Positions 1 through 6,516 of a stretch of DNA of 32,000 bases are shown one piece after another (the first letter of the stretch is position 1; every line of letters starts with the position of its first letter). Source of the DNA: an uncultured Erysipelotrichaceae bacterium (lineage in GTDB: Bacteria > Bacillota_I > Bacilli_A > Erysipelotrichales > Erysipelotrichaceae); contig OW818668.1 of the NCBI GenBank assembly GCA_942493105.1, positions 1,470,001-1,502,000 on the forward strand, read 5' to 3'. The notes under the pieces were generated by a model. The model searched no databases, was not told the origin of the DNA, and saw only the letters and a list, made by a program, of their open reading frames with translations. The position numbers and the translations under genes are program-made.

Positions 1-941
1 CGGTGCGCTAAGGCGATGTCCAGATCCTCTAAATTAAAAGGATCTAGTGTTTCAATTGGATAGGTTTCAAAATAGGTCGCAATAAATTTCTCGTTGGTAT
101 ATTGAGAAGGATGGAAATAGTGTTGATCGACTTGAATAATTTTACGTTGTCTAACACAATCATCCAGGATCATGTCAAAAAGATGCTGTTGATCGCTGAA
201 TTCTTTAGTAAATTGATTTTCCAATGCACTATATTCAACGTAACTGTCGCCAGTCCGCATGCATTCATTGAGAACCATCATGATTAATGCTGCTCTTAAA
301 CGACGTGGATCATCCAATTCAAATCCCATCGATAAAGCCAGTTTATCTGCAGTGATAAATCCAATCCCATCGACTTCTTCAACCAACCGATACGGATTTT
401 CCTTAACAACCTCCAAAACTTTGTTGCCATAGATACGATCTAAACGCATAATGTTTCGAATACCTAATCCATGTGTCGTAAAGAATTTCATGGCTTCTTC
501 GCTTTCACCCGCTAAAATAAGCCCTTCATAAATGGCTTCTTCTTTGACTTTCGTCCAGCCTTTGATTTTACGAATGATGGTGACATCATCTTTTAATTGA
601 AGTAAAACATCTTCCCCAAAAGTATCCACTAATTTTTCTGCGAATCCTTTACCAATTCCCCTAAATATCGGTGATTTCAAATAACTGATGATGGAGTCAC
701 GATCAGTCGGTAAAATCCTTCGGTAGTGTGCAACTTGAAATTGCATCCCAAATCGAGGATGTTCTTGATAGGTCCCGCTTAAGGCGATCAACAGATCTTT
801 ATTGAATTTTGGAAAGTAACCTGTAACAGTGACGTCTTTTTCATTAAGATCATATAACTTAAAAACACCAACGGTGAATTGGTTGGCCTCAGAATGAAAT
901 ATCGTTTTGATCAGTCTTCCAGTTATTTCAATGGTTTCCAT
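1..941 (-). CDS. recD2: RecD2/YrrC-type ATP-dependent DNA helicase, N-terminal part; the gene runs off the window start
   Basis: I translated the minus strand from the ATG (complement of 939-941): METIEITGRLIKTIFHSEANQFTVGVFKL...YQEHPRFGMQFQV...SPIFRGIGKGFAEKLV...NPYRLVEEVDGIGFITADKLA. The frame stays open to position 1. An N-terminal OB-like region followed by helix-hairpin-helix repeats is typical of RecD2. It is missing from the ORF track because there is no stop in the window. Its start overlaps the upstream stop (TAATG). Confidence 0.75.
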   Translation of the reverse strand, partial: METIEITGRLIKTIFHSEANQFTVGVFKLYDLNEKDVTVTGYFPKFNKDLLIALSGTYQEHPRFGMQFQVAHYRRILPTDRDSIISYLKSPIFRGIGKGFAEKLVDTFGEDVLLQLKDDVTIIRKIKGWTKVKEEAIYEGLILAGESEEAMKFFTTHGLGIRNIMRLDRIYGNKVLEVVKENPYRLVEEVDGIGFITADKLALSMGFELDDPRRLRAALIMMVLNECMRTGDSYVEYSALENQFTKEFSDQQHLFDMILDDCVRQRKIIQVDQHYFHPSQYTNEKFIATYFETYPIETLDPFNLEDLDIALAH

Positions 942-1666
942 TAGGACATCGAATGTTCAATGGCATACAACATCGCTAAAATCGAAATGCCATTGTTGAT
1001 GAAATGCAGTAGTATCGAAGAATATAGATTTTGAGTTTGTTCATAAGTAAAGGTTAAAACCAAAGACATGAAGGCATATAATGGCAGATACAATAGATCG
1101 ATCCAGTTTCCATCCATTATGGCATTTAGTGAATGCATCAGTGCAAACAACAATGTAGAAATGAATAAAGGCAATAGGTAGCGTCCGGCTTTTTTAAAGT
1201 GTCGATAGATAACCCCTCTAAATATGATTTCTTCAACGATTGGGGCAAAAATTAATGCTTGGACCATAATAGCGACTCTATTCAGCTTGAACATTTCAAA
1301 GATGAGATTTTGATTGACTGGATCACCTTGACCAGTCAATTTAGTTAATGCCATCCCGTAAAAAATAGAAACCCAAAGCATCACCATGGCTGCAATGATG
1401 GGGATATAGACCGACATGATGGTCCAATGATGATTCGACTCGTGTAATAATTTTGAGCCCAGATAAAGAAAAACAAGGGTCATGATCGTGTGATAGATAA
1501 TGTCTGTATAAGTCATTGATAAGAAACCTGGGATCAATGTGCGATCAATCACGAACATGATGATTGGAATGATAAAAATATAGAAGGCAAAATAAGCAAC
1601 CAACATAACTATGACATTCTTTCTAGATAATGGACTGGGATTTTGAATGTGTTTAAAGAGTTTCAT
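941..1666 (-). CDS. CPBP-family (CAAX-like) intramembrane glutamic protease
   Basis: 241-aa polytopic membrane ORF with the three CPBP motifs: EEIIFRG (EExxxR), FALMH (FxxxH) and HFINN (HxxxN). Its ATG overlaps the mnmA stop (ATGA on the minus strand, 1663-1666). Confidence 0.8.
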   Translation of the reverse strand: MKLFKHIQNPSPLSRKNVIVMLVAYFAFYIFIIPIIMFVIDRTLIPGFLSMTYTDIIYHTIMTLVFLYLGSKLLHESNHHWTIMSVYIPIIAAMVMLWVSIFYGMALTKLTGQGDPVNQNLIFEMFKLNRVAIMVQALIFAPIVEEIIFRGVIYRHFKKAGRYLLPLFISTLLFALMHSLNAIMDGNWIDLLYLPLYAFMSLVLTFTYEQTQNLYSSILLHFINNGISILAMLYAIEHSMS

Positions 1667-2805
1667 TGGTGTGCCTTGATTCTTTCTTGTAGACTGATAT
1701 GATCAACATAGACATCTTCAATGACACCACCGCCTAAACAAACTTCTCCAAGATAGAACACTGCTTCTTGACCAGGTGTCACTGCTGCAATCGGTGTTTT
1801 GAAATCGACCCATATCGAAGTATGATCGATCTTACTGATTGTAACTTTTTGATCTTTTTGTCGATATCTGAACTTTGCCATACAGGTCAACGGTTCACTT
1901 AAGTCTATTGGATTAAACCAATTAAGATCTGTGACCAGTGCACTATCTGAAGTCAGCCAAGGATTGTTTTCACCTTTGACGACATATAACTCATTCTTTT
2001 GGATATCTTTGCCTGCAACAAACCATGGGCCTTCATAAGCATTGATGTCTAAACCTTTTCGTTGTCCTAAGGTATAATAGAGCACACCCATGTGTTTTCC
2101 TAAAACTGTTTTGGTTTCTAGGTCGATGATGTCTCCTGATTTTGATGGTAAGTAATTTGCCAAGAAAGCCTTAAAGTCTCGTTCACCGATAAAACAAATC
2201 CCTGTTGAATCTTTTTTCTTTGCTACACTTAAGTTTAAGTGCTCAGCAATCTTTCTTACTTCTGGTTTATCGAGTTCACCCAAAGGAAAACATGTTTTCG
2301 CTAAAGCTTTTTGTAAAACCTGAGCTAAAAAATAAGATTGATCTTTATTTAGATCAAAAGCTTTCAACAGTTCAGAATGATCTTTATGATGAACAACTCG
2401 GGCATAATGGCCTGTTGCGACACAATCAAAACCATTTTTCATCGCATAATCAAAGAAATGATCAAATTTGATGAATTTATTGCACAATATATCTGGATTT
2501 GGCGTCCTACCTTTTTTATATTCACTTAAGAAGAAACTAAAGACTTCCTCCCAATACTCTTTGATGAAATCAACACGATGGAGGACTAAACCCAGTTTAT
2601 TTGCGACAGCCAAGGCATCATTATAATCTTCTTCCTGAGTACAGATGGCTGCATCCAGCGTCGGATTGCCTAGAATATCATTGTTGGTCAATGAATCCCA
2701 ATTGCGCATAAAAGCGCACTCGACGTCATGACCTTGAGTTTTTAGTAAGTATGCAGCGACAGCAGAATCAACGCCGCCAGATAATCCTAAGAGTATTTTC
2801 ACCAA
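1663..2805 (-). CDS. mnmA: tRNA-specific 2-thiouridylase MnmA
   Basis: 380-aa ORF with the N-terminal PP-loop LSGGVDSAVAA, CNKFIKF and the usual MnmA length. The start is TTG (2805) or GTG (2802), and no Shine-Dalgarno is visible. Confidence 0.9.
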   Translation of the reverse strand: MVKILLGLSGGVDSAVAAYLLKTQGHDVECAFMRNWDSLTNNDILGNPTLDAAICTQEEDYNDALAVANKLGLVLHRVDFIKEYWEEVFSFFLSEYKKGRTPNPDILCNKFIKFDHFFDYAMKNGFDCVATGHYARVVHHKDHSELLKAFDLNKDQSYFLAQVLQKALAKTCFPLGELDKPEVRKIAEHLNLSVAKKKDSTGICFIGERDFKAFLANYLPSKSGDIIDLETKTVLGKHMGVLYYTLGQRKGLDINAYEGPWFVAGKDIQKNELYVVKGENNPWLTSDSALVTDLNWFNPIDLSEPLTCMAKFRYRQKDQKVTISKIDHTSIWVDFKTPIAAVTPGQEAVFYLGEVCLGGGVIEDVYVDHISLQERIKAHQ

Positions 2806-2948
2806 GAAATTATACCAAAATAATCACTAAAAAACGGTGCATAGGGTCGTAATGTCCATTTTTAAGGGCTTGTTTGTGATATATGAATGATTTATCAACG
2901 ATTTAATAACAAAATTCCTCACTACAAGTTAAAATGTAATTAGGGTCA

Positions 2949-2976
2949 TTGAAGTTAACTAAAATAAGTTTATAAT
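2949..2976 (+). promoter_or_regulatory. Candidate sigma-A promoter for the GGDEF gene (TTGAAG-16 nt-TATAAT)
   Basis: TTGAAG at 2949-2954 and TATAAT at 2971-2976, about 50 nt upstream of the ATG at 3028. Confidence 0.35.
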
Positions 2977-3027
2977 TCAACATGGCATTACATAAGAATT
3001 TCTGGAAAGGAACTATAGTTCAATCCT

Positions 3028-4374
3028 ATGACTTTACAAATCAAACGAAGAACCGTTTCTGATGATGATATCAAGATCCTAATCGATAATGTGCCATTTC
3101 CTTGGGCATTATTTAGTAAAGATGCTTTTTTGTTTTGTAATCGATCCTGCAAAGATCTTTTGGAACAACACGAATTCGATATTTATGTTCCTGATATTTA
3201 TCATATGTTTAGAAATGCAGACGTTCCCATTCAAAAGGAACTTGTATTGTTGGATCGTCAACTTGACAAGCATTTTTTAGAAGTCAGTGGTGAAATGGTC
3301 CACTATAAAGATGAGACCTGTATTCTGACTTTCTTGATGGATGTTACGCAAGAGAATAGTCACCAAGAAGCAGAACGAATCACTCGTCTTCATGAATTGA
3401 TGCTTGAAATCAATCAGTCCATCATGGATATTGAAGACATCAATCGTACTTTCCGATTGATATTGACCAATGCCTTAAAAGCAATCAAGAATGCTTCTTT
3501 AGGATCAATATTGGTTAAAAAAGGAAATTATCTTGAAGCTATTTCATATGTCGGATATGGCAGAGATATCGAACAATTCAAACTTCCGCTTGAACATGCT
3601 TTTCTATATAGAGCCACTTTAGGTAAAATGGATCGAATCGTCAACATCAAAGAACTTCAAAGAGATGATCTCTTTTATCCGGTAACCACTTATGCTGGCG
3701 ATAAAGTATTCATTCGATCTCATATTTCCGCCCCAATCTACATCAAAGATGAATTCTATGGGGTCATCAATGTGGATTCTATACATACCAATGCCTTTGA
3801 TGAATCTGATGAAGCAGCTATGGAGTTTATTCGAAACAATGTTCAAATTGCGATCTCCAACCAATTGTTATTTATTGAGAAATCACAATTGGCCATGTTT
3901 GATCAGTTGACTCATTTGTATAATCGTCATTATTTTACAGAACACTTTGAAATGATCAAGGCCAAAGCTTTACGTTATAATGAGAAATTTTTGTTTATAT
4001 TGTTTGATATCGATGATTTAAAGCTTATCAATGACCGATATGGTCATCCAGTAGGGGATCAAGCCATCCTTAAAGTTACCCAGCATTTAAACAAAAACAC
4101 GCGTAAAAGCGATATCATTGCCCGTTATGGTGGAGATGAATTCGTAGGGATCTTCTTTATGACAAGTGCTGAGGATTTGATTACGAAATATACAGCTGTT
4201 GAACAAGCAATGTTTGAAGATCAACTGATCATTGATAATGAGATCGTAAAAGTGGGATATAGTTTTGGGGTCGCAGAATTTCCAAGTGAAGGTGAGACCA
4301 TTAATGAATTGATGGAAAAATGTGATCTTCGTCTATACGAAAATAAGAAAAACAAAGCAAAAAAATATAAATAG
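3028..4374 (+). CDS. Diguanylate cyclase: N-terminal sensor (PAS-like), GAF and GGDEF domains
   Basis: 448-aa ORF. The central region looks like a GAF domain (...GSILVKKGNYLEAISYVGYG...GVINVDS...QIAISNQLLF). The C-terminal GGDEF domain has an intact GGDEF motif (4129-4143) and an RxxD I-site (RKSD, 4102-4113) exactly 5 residues upstream. DxLxxLxNR-type entry: FDQLTHLYNRHYF. Confidence 0.85.
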   Translation: MTLQIKRRTVSDDDIKILIDNVPFPWALFSKDAFLFCNRSCKDLLEQHEFDIYVPDIYHMFRNADVPIQKELVLLDRQLDKHFLEVSGEMVHYKDETCILTFLMDVTQENSHQEAERITRLHELMLEINQSIMDIEDINRTFRLILTNALKAIKNASLGSILVKKGNYLEAISYVGYGRDIEQFKLPLEHAFLYRATLGKMDRIVNIKELQRDDLFYPVTTYAGDKVFIRSHISAPIYIKDEFYGVINVDSIHTNAFDESDEAAMEFIRNNVQIAISNQLLFIEKSQLAMFDQLTHLYNRHYFTEHFEMIKAKALRYNEKFLFILFDIDDLKLINDRYGHPVGDQAILKVTQHLNKNTRKSDIIARYGGDEFVGIFFMTSAEDLITKYTAVEQAMFEDQLIIDNEIVKVGYSFGVAEFPSEGETINELMEKCDLRLYENKKNKAKKYK

Positions 4375-4380
4375 AGGTTA

Positions 4381-4412
4381 AAAAAGAAGATGAACAGTTC
4401 ATCTTCTTTTCA
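4381..4412. terminator. Bidirectional intrinsic terminator between the convergent GGDEF and spx-like genes
   Basis: Perfect 12-bp stem AAAGAAGATGAA (4383-4394) / TTCATCTTCTTT (4399-4410) with loop CAGT. It is flanked by an A-run on one side and a T-run on the other. Confidence 0.75.
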
Positions 4413-4416
4413 TACA

Positions 4417-4887
4417 TTAAAGTGCTTTTAGTCTAGGCTGTGGAAGTTTATCCACATCGACTTCTTCTCTAATTTCACCGCAAACTTTGTAGTTATTGCA
4501 ATCAGGTCCACAAGCTGCTTTAGCGATTCGTCTAAGTTCAGCAGGTACGAATGCACCGATTTCTTCTTCGTCATACCCGACGAGGAAAGATTTTTCATTA
4601 AGAATAATGGGGCGTTTTAGAATGGAAGGATTTTGTTGAATGAAACGAACCAATTCATTTAAAGTCATTTCGTCAAAGTCAATATTCTGTTCCTGAACGA
4701 TTTTGGATCGTTTGGAAATGATATCATCCGTCCCGTTTTCACTGCGGGTAAGCAGATGTTTTATTTCATTCTCGTTTAAAACTGTCGAGAAGATGTTCTT
4801 TTCAACGAATTTTAAATCGCGTTCTTTGAGCCACTGTTTAACTTTACGGCAAGATGCACATCCAGGCGAAGTGTATACAACGATCAT
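4417..4887 (-). CDS. spx: Spx/ArsC-family redox-sensing transcriptional regulator with a roughly 30-aa Cys-rich C-terminal extension
   Basis: 156-aa ORF. The N-terminus MIVVYTSPGCASCRKVKQWL carries the CxxC redox pair. It looks collinear with Spx up to ...GYDEEEIGAFVPAELRR, then adds AACGPDCNNYKVCGEIREEVDVDKLPQPRLKAL. RBS AAAGGAG lies upstream. Confidence 0.8.
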   Translation of the reverse strand: MIVVYTSPGCASCRKVKQWLKERDLKFVEKNIFSTVLNENEIKHLLTRSENGTDDIISKRSKIVQEQNIDFDEMTLNELVRFIQQNPSILKRPIILNEKSFLVGYDEEEIGAFVPAELRRIAKAACGPDCNNYKVCGEIREEVDVDKLPQPRLKAL

Positions 4888-4906
4888 AAGTGTTCTCCTT
4901 TATTGA

Positions 4907-4934
4907 ATTATAACTGTTTTATTGGGTTTGTAAA
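4907..4934 (-). promoter_or_regulatory. Candidate sigma-A promoter for spx (TTTACA-16 nt-TATAAT on the minus strand)
   Basis: Reverse complement of 4929-4934 is TTTACA and of 4907-4912 is TATAAT. It lies about 20 nt upstream of the spx start. Confidence 0.45.
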
Positions 4935-5034
4935 TGAAAATACTTGACTATGTTTTAACAAATTGATTCTTGATGTTCATTTTAGAAATTTCGCTTAAAT
5001 AAAGGACAAGTTCAATCTATCTATGAAATGAATC

Positions 5035-5062
5035 TTGTTTTTTACTAAGAAAGTGATACAAT
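5035..5062 (+). promoter_or_regulatory. Candidate promoter of the trpS T-box leader (TTGTTT-16 nt-TGaTACAAT, extended -10)
   Basis: TTGTTT at 5035-5040, TG at 5054-5055 and TACAAT at 5057-5062. Confidence 0.5.
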
Positions 5063-5079
5063 CGTACTAAAGATAACGA

Positions 5080-5271
5080 TTAAAGCGAAGTAGTTGTTTG
5101 AGTGAAATCAGAGATGTCTTGGATGCTGAGAAAGACACACGATCAACCAATGAAGTGGACTTTATGAATCGAGAAACCTTTGTTTCTTCGGCGCAACACC
5201 GTTATGTTGAAGTGATCTGTAAAGATAACTTAGGTGGTACCACGTGAAAGCGTCCTTTGGATGCTTTTTTT
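5080..5271 (+). promoter_or_regulatory. T-box riboswitch leader, tryptophan-specific (specifier UGG)
   Basis: Stem I base TAAAG (5081-5085) pairs with CTTTA (5160-5164). AGAGA lies at 5110-5114. The 3' side of the specifier loop reads ...GAAG-UGG-A, with UGG at 5156-5158 followed by A directly before the base helix. The T-box motif TAGGTGGTACCACG lies at 5231-5244. The terminator is AAAGCGTCC-TTT-GGATGCTTT plus a T-run (5247-5271). It sits directly upstream of trpS. Confidence 0.85.
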
Positions 5272-5287
5272 CGTTAAGGAGGACAAA

Positions 5288-6274
5288 ATGAAAAGAATGT
5301 TAAGTGGGATCAAACCCAGTGGGCAGTTGACTTTAGGAAATTATATTGGCGCATTGCGTGAATTCGTAAAGTATCAAAACGATTATGAAATGATCGTCTT
5401 TATTGCGAATCTGCACACGTTGACCGTGTATCAAGACCCCAAAGAACTTAGCCAAAATTTAAAAGATACGATTGCCTTATATTTGGCATGTGGTTTGGAT
5501 CCATCGCGATCGACGATCTTTATGCAATCTGATGTGATGGAACATGCCCAACTTGGGTTTATTCTTTCGTGTAATACCTACATGGGCGAATTGAACCGCA
5601 TGACTCAGTATAAAGATAAATTGGCCAAGGGTGAAGAATCGATGACCTCAGGGTTTTATGTTTATCCGACCTTAATGGCTTCTGATATCTTGATTTATGA
5701 TCCCGATTTTGTACCGGTTGGAGAAGATCAGAAACAGCATGTTGAACTGACACGTGATGTGGCGATGCGTTTCAACAATCGCTACGGTGAAACCTTTAAG
5801 ATTCCTCAACCTTTAATCCCTAAAATCGGTGCTCGAATCATGTCGTTGAGCGATCCAACCAAAAAGATGTCAAAATCAGATGAACAAGACAAAGGCTGTA
5901 TTTATCTTTTGGATAAACCAGAAGTTGCCCGTAAAAAAGTCATGAGCGCTATTACAGATCTCGTCGGTAAAGTTCAATATGATCCCATCAATCAACCAGG
6001 GATCAGTAATCTATTGGTGATCCACAGTGCTTTATCAGGTAAAACCATCGATGATTTAGTCAAGGAATTTGAAGGCCAAGGGTATGGCACTTTTAAAAAA
6101 TCAGTCGCGGATGAAGTCGTCAAACTTCTGACCAATCTGCAAGCCAAGTACACAGATATCCTAAATCAACATATTCTAGAGAAAGTTTTATCTGATGGGG
6201 CAGCCAAAGCCAGAGTCTTAGCACACCAAAAACTAAAGTTGGTTGAATCAAAAATTGGTTTGACCATTGACTAG
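5288..6274 (+). CDS. trpS: Tryptophan--tRNA ligase
   Basis: The ORF-track frame 5234-6274 is used, but the start is moved to ATG 5288, which has RBS AAGGAGG at 5276-5282. The upstream part of the ORF overlaps the T-box terminator. The KMSKS motif is present (KKMSKSD), and the length (328 aa) and sequence are class-I TrpRS-like. Confidence 0.92.
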   Translation: MKRMLSGIKPSGQLTLGNYIGALREFVKYQNDYEMIVFIANLHTLTVYQDPKELSQNLKDTIALYLACGLDPSRSTIFMQSDVMEHAQLGFILSCNTYMGELNRMTQYKDKLAKGEESMTSGFYVYPTLMASDILIYDPDFVPVGEDQKQHVELTRDVAMRFNNRYGETFKIPQPLIPKIGARIMSLSDPTKKMSKSDEQDKGCIYLLDKPEVARKKVMSAITDLVGKVQYDPINQPGISNLLVIHSALSGKTIDDLVKEFEGQGYGTFKKSVADEVVKLLTNLQAKYTDILNQHILEKVLSDGAAKARVLAHQKLKLVESKIGLTID

Positions 6275-6297
6275 TTGATTATGTTTTGTGCTATAAT
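6267..6297 (+). promoter_or_regulatory. Candidate promoter of the alaS T-box leader (extended -10 TGcTATAAT)
   Basis: TATAAT at 6292-6297 is preceded by TGc. A possible -35 TTGACT at 6267-6272 has 19-nt spacing. Confidence 0.5.
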
Positions 6298-6313
6298 ACT
6301 TCCATAAATCATA

Positions 6314-6499
6314 CTCAAAAAGAGTAGGATGAAACTGATCTTAAAGAAAGGGAATGGTTGATGAAAATTCCTGACAGGTTCATTTGAAGCCATTTGAGAG
6401 AGGATTAAAAATCCCGTCTTCCGCGTTAAGGAAAAAAGCTGCACGTAAGTGAAGCAGGATGGTACCGCGTTCTAAACGTTCCTGTAGGGACGTTTTTTT
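6314..6499 (+). promoter_or_regulatory. T-box riboswitch leader, alanine-specific (specifier GCC)
   Basis: Stem I base CTCAAA (6314-6319) pairs with TTTGAG (6393-6398). The upper helix is ATGAA-C / GTTCAT. The specifier loop reads TTGAA-GCC-A, with GCC at 6389-6391 followed by A. The T-box motif GGATGGTACCGCG lies at 6458-6470. The terminator is AAACGTTCC-TGTA-GGGACGTTT plus T7 (6474-6499). It sits directly upstream of alaS. Confidence 0.85.
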
Positions 6500-6516
6500 A
6501 TCGAAAGGAGTATTTT

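Noticed and set aside
4448-4456. Perfect DnaA-box 9-mer TTATCCACA
   Set aside because: It is a single copy inside the spx coding region, with no cluster of boxes, no AT-rich unwinding element and no dnaA/dnaN nearby. A chance occurrence is plausible, so I do not read it as an origin.
4934-4966. A 10-codon mini-ORF (MKILDYVLTN) and other tiny ORFs in the 400-nt spx-trpS intergenic region
   Set aside because: There is no Shine-Dalgarno and no supporting structure. The region is adequately explained by divergent promoters plus the T-box leader.
5120-5123. A second UGGA in the trpS leader as an alternative specifier codon
   Set aside because: It lies in the apical part of Stem I, between the AGAGA element and its pairing partner, not in the 3' side of the specifier internal loop. 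The UGG at 5156-5158 has the canonical position next to the base helix.
5234-5287. N-terminal extensions in the ORF track: trpS from 5234, DUF1292 from 9845, the mazG-like gene from 20446, rpsO from 22003, the GntR gene from 25080 and pepV from 29225
   Set aside because: In each case the extension runs through a terminator or T-box, through the preceding gene, or lacks an RBS. An internal ATG with a good Shine-Dalgarno or a stop-start overlap gives a product of normal length, so I used the internal starts.
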